Translations under genes and position numbers: made by a program | In this document: piece by piece, positions 51,515-64,000 of the stretch | Layout of the letters: each line of letters begins with the position of its first letter | Position numbering within the stretch: position 1 is the first letter of the stretch | Notes under the pieces: generated by a model | Databases searched by the model: none | Seen by the model: the letters and a program-made list of their open reading frames with translations, nothing else | Told to the model about the DNA's origin: nothing | Assembly: GCA_951406725.2 (NCBI GenBank) | Contig: OX597828.1 | Coordinates: forward strand, 72,726,001-72,790,000 | From: Octopus vulgaris | Lineage: Eukaryota | DNA length: 64,000 bases | Direction of reading: 5' to 3'

Positions 51515-52889
51515 AATATATATACATATGCATGTGTGTGTATGTGTGTGAGTGTATATATATATATATGGTGCAAAAACATTTAAAAAACACGAAGACG
51601 AGGTAGTTAAATAAACAGGTTTACGCCCAGAAAAAATATTTAGGGAAGTGTTTCACAGACTCTTCTAGAGAAAGAATAGAAAAAAAAAACTAAAGAGAGA
51701 AAAGTACAAAAATGCCTCAGTTAGACAGTTATCGCATGCTGAAATGACCGGAAGAGCAGGTCGCTAGTGGCGTGAATGATAAGGGAGACAACTATGAGAT
51801 TTGAATCGGTAAGAGTGGCATGGGGGAAAATTGTGAACCTGGAATATCTGTATATGTGTATGAACAAGCGAGTAGTATTTATGAAGCTAATGTGTGCGTG
51901 TATATATCAAGTACGAGGGTAGATTTTATCCAGGGTTACCTCTTTCGAGATGAGCAATCGATACATACAATTAGTTGTCGATGGCCATGGGGAAATATGT
52001 GAAAGATGTTTTCATTCTCACGTAAAGACATTTTGACTTACTTTGGTAATTTTTATCAACATTTTTAGAACTCAACTGATTTGGTCCAGGAGAATGAAAT
52101 GTGCGAATGATCCTGCACATACCCCATGTGCTCGCCAGATAACGCAAATAAAAAGAGTATAAGTAGAATGCAGAAAATACGGAGAGAGAAGCAGATAAAA
52201 TGAAGAATTGCTAGAGTGGGTTGGATAGGGAAGTAGTTCCTGGTGACGGGGGGGGGGGGGTAACTGCTTGTGACGGGATGTATATGGGTGTGAGACGGAA
52301 GACTGATTGGTTGCCATAGAAAGATGATTGAAACAATGTCACTCGAGTATTTTTAACTCAACTACTGTAACTTCTAGAAAACTGAAGTGTGATCGACTTT
52401 AATAAATCTTCAGTTATTTTACGCCCCCGGATATTAAATCGTTTTTCTTCTAATATAATAAATACATAGTGGATTAACAAGATAATTTTAGAAATTTATT
52501 GAGGAAAAACGTTAAATGATTTTACGCATAAAGAGAGTATTATTTTATAAGAAAACAGATTAGTTATTTAAAGATTAAAATCAATGTACTCCAGCAATTT
52601 CTCTTATTTTGTTTTAAAACTTATACATATTTAATGCACACATTTTCCCCGTTTCTTAAATACAACTTTCAACATTGAATCCTGCTTTAATGGAAAAGCA
52701 AAGAAGAGAAACAGTTATTGGTATCTTTTAAAAATATTTGACAGCAAATCACGGACGGTTATAATGTTATTTGACGTTTCCACACGATGATATTCACTTT
52801 AATTTAGATTTAGAAAACAACCTCTGTATAAAGCAGCTTTTGTTTAGTTGCTGGTTGTCTGCAGGAAGAGTTAAGGCCCCTGACAGTTG

Positions 52890-53450
52890 CAGGCCGGTCT
52901 TAGTGAGTCAAATTGACATCAATAATGTCCTTCATGAACATTCATAAGTCAACAGTTGCAGAAAAAAAACACGAACAGGAAGAGAACTTCAGAGAGAAGA
53001 TACTTTGGGCAAAATGAGCTGGATTCAATGATTATTACAGAGCCCAAGGGTTGAACGCAACAAAGGGATTGAGACGGAGAGGCATTTATATGAGACAAGA
53101 ATGCTTAAGTGGTGGGGACTTGGGCCCAACGACCTTCAAGGAGTAGAAGCCATTATAGTAGTAACAGAACAGTCAGAGAGAGGGGACACAACATGCACGT
53201 GGGCCAATAGGTGGTGTATATATGTGACTGTCAACAAAGTGGTCATTTACTGGATATATTCTTTGAATGAATGAAGAAAATGGTAGCAACAGTAGCCCTG
53301 TGTCTGATGTGAGAATACTGGGGAGGAAATTAATGGCTGAAGTAACTACTGTCCCTGAATAGAAGAGTCAGTCGTATGAATGAACTCGTAGCTATGTAAT
53401 AAAGGAAAATGTGACAGTGTCCTTCAAGCGTTAACACCATCTCCTTCAGT
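52890..53450 (-). mobile_element. CR1-Zenon-like LINE ORF2 C-terminus, pseudogenised
   Basis: Minus-strand translation gives YSHI...LAHVHVVS / L*LFCYYYNGFYSLKV...PPL...NPF / NH*IQLILPKVSSL*SSLPVRVF...VDL..F. This matches the pattern LAHRR.V.SL.LFYRYYNG.CS.EL...SF.PRT..LWNSLP..VFP. Confidence 0.72.
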
Positions 53451-53823
53451 ATTCACTCTTTATACATCAGCAAAATGGCGTCTCTCTTGCGATAGTGAAA
53501 TGTTAGACGACTGAAGATAAAATGTCTATGAAGGTTTGGAAAGAGTTTTAGCTGCGAAAATAAGAATGCAAAATTATTTTGTACAAGTATACGACATATT
53601 CTTCAGCAGAATATGAATTTAAGACGTAATAATAGCCAATAATTAAATTTGTTATCCATTGATCTAACCTATATAGGTATACATAGGGTTGCATCGTGAT
53701 TTAGTCTTCTTAGCTCACTATTACTGCCGACGACACTCTCACGCTCAATATTGTCATCCGGGGTGAGAATATGTGGATGTATGCAAAACAATTCCTGAGC
53801 TACGTGTCCTTGAACTACTACTA

Positions 53824-53858
<35 letters not shown>

Positions 53859-53881
53859 ACTACTTATTGTCGTAACAATAT

Positions 53882-54080
53882 TCAGGCACAAGGCCCGAAA
53901 TTTGTGGGGAGGGGCAAGTCGATTTCATCGACCTCGGTGCTCAGTTGTTACTTATTTCCTCAACCCCGAACGGGAGAAAGGCAGAGTCGACCTCGGCGTA
54001 ATTTGAACTCAGAATGGTATAAAACCTGACGAAATGCCGCCAAGCATTTTCTCTGAGCGTGCTTATGATTCCTCCAGGTT
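53882..54080 (-). mobile_element. SINE family A between (CTA)/(CTG) and (AAT)/(ACT) microsatellites
   Basis: Core gaaaggcagagtcgacctcggcgtaatttgaactcagaat. Confidence 0.83.
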
Positions 54081-54162
54081 TCCGTTTTCATAATGATAAT
54101 AATAATAATAATAATAATAATGATAAAAATAATAACAACAACAACAACAATATTAATAAAAA

Positions 54163-54215
<53 letters not shown>

Positions 54216-54227
54216 ATAATAATAATA

Positions 54228-54263
<36 letters not shown>

Positions 54264-54579
54264 GTACCTCTTCTGCTAGGTCATTTGGTTTTTTATTTCA
54301 TTAACACTAGCTTCACTCTATTATTCTATTTAATAATTATTTCCTTTTTGTTGTTAAATGTCAAGACACTTGACACACGAACTTTTCTTCTCCAATACCG
54401 TCTTCTTTTTACCTTCCATAGAATGTTCCAGAAATGTAATATTAATTTACTAATACTCCAGAGATTTCCTTTTCCAACTTGCAGTTTGAACATTAACGTT
54501 TACGAAAATAAAAATAAAAAGGAAATATAAAAAGAAAACTAAACTAAATGAAAATAACAAATAAATAAAAATAAGCGAA

Positions 54580-54705
54580 AATTAATTAATTATCGAGAAA
54601 CACTTCAAAGCCGTAATCAATGGTAATTTTAGGAGATGTTTCAAGAATATTCTGTTATGTAATGATACATCAAAGGTTTTTAGCGATTAATCAAAGACAA
54701 TTTTT
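54580..54705. promoter_or_regulatory. Candidate enhancer: clustered TCF/LEF-type, homeodomain and Sox-type motifs
   Basis: CTTCAAAG at 54603, ACATCAAAGG at 54667, ATCAAAG at 54690, TAATCAAT at 54614 and ACAAT near 54697. Motif evidence only. Confidence 0.3.
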
Positions 54706-56854
54706 CCTTCATTCTCCGCAAGCTCTCAATAGAATTTTCATCTTCTTTTAACTGATTTGCGTCTGACATACAATATTCTTCAATGCTAATAATAGCAGGG
54801 GTCTCTGATCTTCACGTGAATACTGTAGCTATTGGGGTTTATAACCTTATCCGTCCTTAAAGGGCAAGAGGGTCTTAGATGATGCATTCGAAATTTTCAG
54901 CCGTTGTCTCTTGTTTACGGCGCACAGAAAACACTTTTTATTCCAAGTTTAATGCACGAACATTAGAGAACGGGCTGCGACAACCAAAAAGGTATTTTGA
55001 AAAAGGTTCTCCTTAAAACACGATTGTTGTTTGTATAGAGGGATCTCGGAAAGAAATAGAAATTTCACCGGTTTTAGAAAATCCAGTTTTCTTCAACAAA
55101 GTGACATATTAGTAATAACCTAAAGGATTGAAATGGCGCTAAACGTTGCCCTTTTTATTAGAACTCAGTCAAACATTTAAAGTAAGACTAATTACATTTC
55201 ATTGATTAGACATCAAACATTGTTTAGATAGATACATTCTATTTTAAACAGAAACCAAACATCTTGGGATAAAGGTTTGAAACCTGGAATAAACCAAAAA
55301 ATGTAATGCCTTCCATATGAAGAACAACGACGCGATACACGTGAATATATGAGGGGCCTGGAAGTGACGTGACGAGGATTGTTGCTAATATTTTAAATGC
55401 ATTAACGGAAGAAATTATGCTTTACGTATATTCAACAAGCAGGCGCATTTCCAGCAGACTTCTGCTCACAGTATGGCGGTGGATATTGAACCTATATATA
55501 TTTAGTTGGTGTCTTTTAAAAAGAGATTATATTTAATCAACATTTGGAATCGTAATCCGATTAAATGTAATTCACCTTCGTTTTAATTCGGAAGAGTGTT
55601 TTTATTTTTAATCTGTCGCAGTTGTAAAAATAACTAAAACCTTCCGAAGTTTTATTAGCGATCGTTGAAGGAATGCATGCTCCGCATACTTAATATCTAC
55701 CTCAAGTTAAAGGCAATTAGATTTATTGAACAACTCCAAATTAAATAGATTTAGTTCACTGGTGTCATGCCAACTGCTTGGATAGTATTTCTATGAACTT
55801 CGTACAAGTCAAGATTTCATATCTTATTCAGAAGTAAGTTGATCACCGAATAATAAATTTGACCCTTGTGTGATTGACAGGCTTCTTATGTTCGGAAATA
55901 ATTGGAATTATATTGTTTCATAGAGAACTTCTAGAAAATAACACTATTTATGTTATTAGATATCGGTGAATCAGTGAAAATATTTCGAGATGATGGCATA
56001 GAGGATTGCCAACTCATGGAACTCGAGCCAACGAGAGCACCTCTGCAAGAACATTCATACTTATAAGGATAGCAGCCACATCTTCCTCAAACCATACTCT
56101 GCTCCCTTAAAAAGGAAAACATTAGATAACGTGAACTGAACAACCAAACGGAATACTTCTGGCTGCAACGCCTTTGATCTTAAGTCAACCCTTTGAGGGC
56201 CAGCCAAGGGTTCAACAGCACACAGAGGTCATATTTTGTATGACATTTACCTATAATTTCTGTTTATGAATTTACATTATCTCTTGTTTTGAATAAGATA
56301 TGATATTTTCCAGATGTACCTATATGTATGTATGAATGCATGTGCGATTTTGTCTCTGAGTTTGAGATTGTCCTCCACCACTGCAAGACAACGGGTGCTG
56401 GTTTGGTTAAGTGCCCGTAACTTAGCAATTAAGCATCAGAGACCGATAAAATGAATACCGGTATAGATTTGTTCCACTACACCCCTAGAAACCGGTACCC
56501 CGGTATGTAATTAACGACAAGATGTGAATAACGCAAATAGACTTCCTTGTTTCAACATGGTATGCATTCATATTATCAGTTGCTGTTTTATAAATATTAT
56601 GAATAAATCGTTATTTGCATTGTGAATAAATCGAATGTTTTATGAACACAAAGTCGCCGTAAAAAAATGTGTTCACTTTTGACGAACACAACAGAGATTA
56701 GCATATTTGCGTTCGAACCTGCTGCAGCACATTAAGAATAAATATTCAAGTCTTCAACAAACGTTAATATTGATCAAGAATCTATAATGATTATATTTTA
56801 TCGATCCATTTTATAAGAGGAAGTTGTGTTTGTAGATTTATATATCTTCGATGT

Positions 56855-57180
56855 TTTACTTGTTTTAATATTGAAATTGTGATCATGCTGGGGCACCACC
56901 TTAAAGTCAAACTTTTGTTTTTTTATCTGATATTTCTTTTATCCATCTCTTATGAGCAACGGCTGGGTCCCGAGGTCTTTGACAAATCGACTCTAGTTGT
57001 CAAGCGGTGTTTTGTGAGGACAAAATCGAAAATAAAGACATACGAATACACAGACACACACTCAGACACGCACGCACACACACACTCAGACACACACACA
57101 CGCACGCACACACACATAGATGTATACAACGGGCTCACATGCCTTTGGCCAGCATTATAGCAGAAGCCACTTGCCCAAGT
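56855..57180 (-). mobile_element. SINE family B, decayed
   Basis: ttttacttgttt...catgctggggcaccacctt...gttgtcaagcggtg...cacttgcccaag. Confidence 0.7.
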
Positions 57181-57230
57181 GTGTGCGTGTGTGTGTGTGT
57201 GTGCGTGTGTGTGTGGTGTGTCTGTGTGGT

Positions 57231-57302
<72 letters not shown>

Positions 57303-57359
57303 TGTGTCTGTGTGTATGTGTGTGTGTGTGGTGTGTCTGTGTGTATGTGTGTGTGTGTG

Positions 57360-57403
<44 letters not shown>

Positions 57404-57652
57404 TGTGTCCGTGTGTATGTGTGTGTGTGTGTGGTGTGTCTGTGTGTATGTGTGTGTGTGTGGTGTGTCTGTGTGTATGTGTGTGTTTGTGTGTGTGTGT
57501 GTGTGTGTGTCTGTGTGTATGTATGTGTGTGTGTGTGGTGTGTCTGTGTGTATGTGTGTGTGTGTGGTGTGTCTGTGTGTATGTGTGTGTGTGTGGTGTG
57601 TCTGTGTGTATGTGTGTGTGTGTGGTGTGTCTATGTGTATGTGTGTGTGTGT

Positions 57653-57700
<48 letters not shown>

Positions 57701-57750
57701 TGTGTGTGGTGTGTCTGTGTGTATGTGTGTGTGTGTGGTGTGTCTGTGTG

Positions 57751-57787
<37 letters not shown>

Positions 57788-57789
57788 GT
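57180..57789. repeat. (TG)n-derived higher-order minisatellite, unit close to GGTGTGTCTGTGTGTA(TG)n of about 29-31 bp
   Basis: The same GG, TC and TA interruptions recur periodically. Confidence 0.9.
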
Positions 57790-58085
57790 ATAAATTTATA
57801 AAGCAATAAAAAAGATGGAATGAAGATGCTTTAATCATAGTTCACAACAATTGTTTCTGCGCAATGATAACAACTGTTAGTTGCTTAGTTTTCCATATCA
57901 TACTGTTGCATCAGTAAACATGATTCAGCAGCAGCTGTGTACCGACATGTCGTCGGGCGAGTAGCATGAGTTATACATGTATATCTAGCAAAAAGAAGAA
58001 AAAAATTTACTGTATGATAACACATGGTAGCCGATAACTATATAGGCGCTTTGAAAGGCACGTTATAAGGTTTCCAGAGGACATT

Positions 58086-58138
<53 letters not shown>

Positions 58139-58931
58139 ATGTTCAGTAGAGTATAATATCTACAAAATATTGAGGACATTAACACTTCCACACTAAGAAT
58201 TTATTTGTAAAATTTACTAAATCAAATTATAAACAATTCGCACAAAAACTTGCAATTGTTTGAACAATACATTTATAGTTTTTAGCTGTTCAACCAAACG
58301 CCCACTATATGAAATTTCCACGATTTATTTTATTATTTATCTTAATTTCTTTTCGTAATTTGTGTTCCATTCTTAAAAGAAAGGAAGTCAAAAATGAAAA
58401 CTGTTAAGGTGTGTTCATTGTTTCCGGGAAAAAAAATGAAATTTTCTTTAATGCACGGCGTTTATTAAAGTCTTTTATAGCCGCCATTCTTTCATTATGA
58501 GTCATTACACTTGGTGAAATTATATAAAAATATTTCCAGAAGAGCTGGGTGAAATAATTTAACAATAGAATAATTAATAATCGCAAACGTTAATTATGAA
58601 ATAACCAAATTTTAGAATTATTTTTCGCTGAATTTATATTAGAATCAACAATAGCTTCTCTTTCACATCTGAAAGAAATCTTAGAATATTATTCAAATTA
58701 GCTGGTAAAATATAAATAATAATAAAGGTAGCTATTTTGCAGTAAACGAGAAACAATAACATGTATTTCGTGTTATGCTGGTAGCAACCGAAACTATGGA
58801 ACGAAATTGAAAACGTAACTGCCAAGTTTAAATATAATGAAACAAATTATAGGATTGTATTTACTTAAATTGCAAAACTAGTAAAATATAGGATTGTAAA
58901 CATTTGCGGAGTTACTGAAGACGATATAAGT

Positions 58932-59008
58932 ATACATACATGCATGCATACATACATACATACATACACACATACATGCATGCATACATACATACATACA
59001 TACATACA

Positions 59009-59039
<31 letters not shown>

Positions 59040-59300
59040 TTACAAACATACATACATACATATTTACAAACATACATGCATACATACATACATGCATACA
59101 TGCATACATACATACATGCATACATACATACTTACATCCATCCATCCATCCATCCATCCATCCATACATACATACATACATACATACATACATACATGCA
59201 TGCATACATGCATACATGCATACATACATGCATACATACATACATACATACATATATGCATACATAAACACACACATACACACACAGACAGACACACGCA
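58932..59300. repeat. (TACA)n/(TGCA)/(TCCA)n microsatellite
   Basis: Visible directly in the sequence. Confidence 0.95.
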
Positions 59301-59633
59301 CACGTTTATGTATTTGTATAAAGCCGATGCTTTCCTCGCTGTCCACACTGGGTTCATGCAACGCATTCGTTTAGGAGAAATTATCGACTCAAATATTCGA
59401 GGACATGCACTGAATGTTCTCTGTTTGGCTTGCAATATGAAGCCTGAAAGTGTGGCATGGAGACATACATATCGAAGTATATGGATTTATATATATATAT
59501 ACGTATATAAGTTTATGCATATAAGTGTGTGTGTGTGTGTGTATGTATGTATATATATATATATATATAAGTATATATATATAACTATATATGTATATAT
59601 ATGAATATAAGTATATATAAATATAAATATAAG

Positions 59634-59676
<43 letters not shown>

Positions 59677-60658
59677 AAATATATATATATATATATGCAT
59701 ACGCACACATATTACATACATACATACATACATACACACAAAGATATTTGTGCTTAAATTATATATATGTTACGTGCGCGTGTGTCTGTGTGTGTGTGAG
59801 GGAGCCCGTGTGTGTGTGTTGCATATATTTGTGTCTCCCTTTTTTTTTTCTTTTTAAGCCAAACATTTTATCAGCAAATACTTTCACAAACACAGAATTA
59901 CAGATTCAGATTTCATTTTACTTTTTTTCGTTTTGTCGTTCATTTATCGCAGAACGATCTGCAGAATCACTGTGGAACCACTTAAATGTCCTGCTTCATA
60001 AAGCAGCTTACTTTGCTTCCAACTCCTATTCTCATTCTTCTAACCCTCCACCTGCCAACCTCGCCATGACCACCACCACCACCGCCATACCACCACGTAC
60101 ATACATTCGCCAAGTACAAAGACTTCTTGTGATCAATGCAGTCCAACAAACTGTCCTGTAGTGACAGAATGTCTGCAATAAAACTCCGTGTCCTCCCAAC
60201 CTTATCTTTACCTTCGCTATTTCCTTCCAACCTTCCTCTCATTTAATGTATGTTTCCCAACTTTTCGAAACATAAAATGCTGTACCATATCACCAAATAA
60301 AAGAACTTGTTTCACTTTATGATTTTACAAGATATATCTACTGAGCTAGAGTAAGGGTCTCTATGTGATTCTCCGTCCTCCTGGATATAGCAGATAAATC
60401 GCCCTCAAATGATATCATAGTGTCTTCAAAAAAAGAGAAGAAAGTAGGATACACTATAACTAGAAAAATGTCGAAGTATTCAAGGCTGGAGAATGAGCAT
60501 TTGTTTGCTCATTCTGCGCAAACCTAGGGTTAAACTACTTCCACAACAACAAGTCCATTAAATTCCACTTCCAATATGCCAAAAATGATGAAACATCTGA
60601 TATACGAGACTGTCTCAATGTCCCGAGGCCTCCAGCATGGTTTCAGTATCTTAAATAC

Positions 60659-60980
60659 GAAGGCACTTGGTTTAGTGGTTAGGGTGTTCGGCTTGCGGCC
60701 ACAACGTTATGTGTTCAATTCCTAGTAATGCGCAGTTTCCTTGAGCAAGAGACTTATTTCATATTGTTCCAGTTCACTCAGCTGGCAAAAATCAGTTGTG
60801 CCCGTAATGAAAAACAGCCAGCTTTGTAACAATCTGTGTTACACTGAATTTCTCTGAGAACTACGTTGAGGGTACGTGTGTCTGTGGAATGTTCAGGTAC
60901 TTGCGCATTAATTCCACGAGCAGACTGTTGCGTTGATCGATTCAACTGAAACACTTGTCGTCGTAACCGACCGAGGGCCA
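60659..60980 (+). mobile_element. Mosaic SINE: D-type 5' half plus C-type 3' half
   Basis: 5' part TTGAGCAAGAGACTT...CCAGTTCACTCAGCTGGCAAAAAT is as in family D. 3' part GAGAACTACGTT.AGGGTAC..GTGTCTGTGGA...GTCGTCGTAACCGAC is as in family C. Confidence 0.8.
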
Positions 60981-61784
60981 GTAGCTCAAAATCTACGAGT
61001 GTTGAGTAAAGTATTTCTTATTTACCACACTAGTCATCTTTTGTCTCGAAGAATTGCAGTGGAAGCTATGACATCATTGCTAGTAGAAACAGACTATGGT
61101 CGTGATTCTTGCGGGATCGTTTTATGAAAGGAAACCTGTTATTGCATCGAGGACGCTTCTACGCAGAAGAACACCGAAAAAGCCTCGAAAATTTCATTCT
61201 CTCTTAGAAAGACATAACACTCACATTATCTCATTTCACTTCGTAAGAGCTTATAAAAAGAACATATACAGATATTGTAGACCCAGATATATAGAATACA
61301 GGAGAGTCACAGTTGGAATGCTTTTGATCTTATGATCGATGAGAGGCGACTAGGGTTTAAACAAGAATAAATCGTGTTTCGTGTTTTATAATGAATCATC
61401 GTTAGAAGGCAGCTCGAGCCATTAGCCAGTTTTTCTCCGAGTCCTCTATACTTTTGCCACGAAACAATTTCCAGCTTTAAGGTCCATAAATGTTGCCAGG
61501 GTGATCCTGGGAATAGTGATAATTAAGGAGTAACAACTCTCTATTGTCTTACACACTAAACTCCTGAACAGAGGCCGCAGCATTGGATGCAGTTTAATAT
61601 CTTGTCCAGGACGTCCAACTATCTTAAAAATGGCGCTTTGAATGTCTGCGGCAGAGGAGCTGCTACATACATCACTATCCCCCTCCCCCTCTCTGTCATT
61701 CTGCATACATACATACATATAGATCTAGACTGTTTCATGGTCTCTCTACCCTCATCTCCTCTCTCTCTCTCCTCGCTTCCACAC

Positions 61785-61818
<34 letters not shown>

Positions 61819-62395
61819 GGAATATTTTCTGCTCTTCGTATGATTTCAACGACGAACACGGTACTAGACAGTTAATATTCACTTAACTTACACTAAACGT
61901 TTCAATTTGGTTCGGTTCAATAAACACAATTTTATAGGAAAAGAAAGGAAAGAATGACTCCCCTTGAGATTAACAGACATTTATTGCTATTTGTCTCTCA
62001 GACACACACAACGCACAAACACACACCTACACACACGTATATATATATATATATGAATATATATATTTCTCACTTGGACGGTACATTTTGATAATAAATT
62101 GCACTGTTTCGTAATCTGAGAATACTCAGGAAATCACAATTGAATTGTATAATATACAACTAGCCCGAAGCTGCCAAGTTTCAAATAGAAAAATACAACA
62201 ATCATAATAGAGTGATATCATGTGCCTATTCGTATCACCATTATATATACGGAGTAGGCTATGCACATTAGAAGTGACACAAACGCATCTATTAGTGCTT
62301 ACAATGTCAAAAGACGTCGCCGTACATTTTTATAACGTTTATTCATCATTACGTACATTTTCGTTTCAAATTTCTTTACAACGCCTACATTGTTG

Positions 62396-63196
62396 GAGAA
62401 GGGATTAAGTCGAGTACATCTACCCCGGTGCTTAACTGGTCATTATTTTATCGACCCCGGAAAGATGAAAGGGAATGCCAATCTCAGCGGAATTTGAACT
62501 CAGGACTTGAAGACTAGCGAAATGCTCAGCGTGCTAACGATTCTGCCAACTCACCGCCTTAATAATAATGGTTTTAAATGTTGACACAAAGAGTAGATCG
62601 ACCCCAGTACGCAACTGGTACTGAATTTATCGACCCCGAAAGGATGCCAGGCTGAGTCGACCTCAGTGGAATGGAATTTGAACCCAGAACTTAAAGCAGA
62701 CGAAATGCCGTTAATCATTTTGTCCGGCGTGTTAACTATTCCAGTTTCAAATCCGCTGAGATCAATTTTGCTTTTCATCTCTCCGTTGGAGTAAAAGTGA
62801 AATACTATTCTTTTCTACTCTAGGCACAAAGCCAGAAATTTTTCGGGAGGGGTCCAGTCGATTAGATCAATCCCAGTACGCAACTGGTACTTAATTTATC
62901 GACCCCGAAAGGATGAAAGGTAAAGTCGACCTCAGCGGAATTTCAACTCAAAACGTAAAGACAGACGAAATAACCCGGCGTGCTAATGTTTCTTATTCCT
63001 TTACTACCCACAAGGGGCTACACGCAGAGGGGACAAATAGGGACAGGCAAACGGATTAAGTCGAGTATATCGACCCAAGTGCGTAACTATTATTTATTTA
63101 ATCGACCCCGAAAGGATGAAAGGCAAAGTCGACCTCGGCGGAATTTGAACTCAGCATTTCGCCCGGCGTGCTAATGTTTCTGCCAGCTCACCGTCC
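62396..63196 (-). mobile_element. Cluster of four head-to-tail SINE A copies plus one inverted fragment
   Basis: Copies at about 62396-62560, 62575-62740, 62806-62991 and 62993-63196, and a + fragment at 62745-62790. Confidence 0.88.
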
Positions 63197-63539
63197 TCTC
63201 TTACGTACTGAAGGTTTACATAACTATGTTGATAGATTAAGTCTGTGGGTGTTGAAACGGATAATTCTTAAGATTTTAACCAAGAATTCCAGTCTTTCTA
63301 TATTTCTCTTTTTTTTTTATCGTATTTGTTATTTTTCGCTGTCTGTAAGTCTGAAAAGTCTCACGCAGCTAAAAGATAAATTATGTTCTAGAATGTCTTT
63401 CTTGCTTCACTTCCTGTTGCAGCAACACTTTTTTTTTTTTACAGAAACCGGTGTGTATTTGTAAATTTTGATACTCATGATATATAAGGTTTTCTGAAAT
63501 TCAATAACATCCAATTCAGTTCTTTGTCATTGTGCATCA

Positions 63540-63934
63540 TACACACACACAGACACACGCGCACACACACACACAGACACACGCGCACACACACATACAT
63601 ACACACATACGCACATAAGCACACACAGACGCAAACACACATACACTCACGCGCATACACACAGACACACACGCGCACATACAGATACACACACAGATAC
63701 ACACAGACACAAAAACACAAACACATACACATACACACGTGCACAAACACACACACATACACACACACACAAAATCACACACACACACATATTGACACAC
63801 GCATACAGATACGCAGACACGGACAGGCACAAACGTGTCTATTTACATACATATATACATACAGACACACAAATATATATATGCATATGCATACACACAC
63901 GCATATATATGTGTACATACACACACACACACAC
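63540..63934. repeat. Degenerate (CA)n block
   Basis: Visible directly in the sequence. Confidence 0.92.
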
Positions 63935-64000
63935 ATTTTTATTCACAGAATATTTTCACAGTGACATTAAATGTATTTCACTTTTATTAAACAATATTGT

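Noticed and set aside
52075-52320. Possible GIY-YIG remnant near the Penelope-like terminus
   Set aside because: Diagnostic residues could not be recovered in any frame.

Overview
This is AT-rich eukaryotic DNA with no intact protein-coding gene, so it is probably a large intron or gene desert. The extreme density of (TA)n, (CA)n, (AAT)n, (GATA)n and (GA)n microsatellites, plus the tRNA-headed SINE families, point to an octopod cephalopod genome (inferred from my recall of these repeats, not a database search). Nearly all ORFs in the supplied track are microsatellite or repeat read-through. The window contains many copies of several modular SINE families (here A-D plus an older family E) and decayed LINE relics: two Dong/R4 pieces, one CR1-Zenon-like 3' end, and weak RTE-like and Penelope-like pieces. 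It also holds a Helentron-type non-autonomous element, a hAT-Charlie 5' end, a long-TIR MITE and a 17-bp minisatellite. The most interesting signals are (i) hammerhead-ribozyme motifs, one inside a terminally redundant ~365-bp retrozyme-like unit bounded by (TA)n, (ii) a candidate 6-nt microexon with a UGC-containing polypyrimidine tract, and (iii) SINE domain and tail swapping. Repeat boundaries were read by eye and are approximate.
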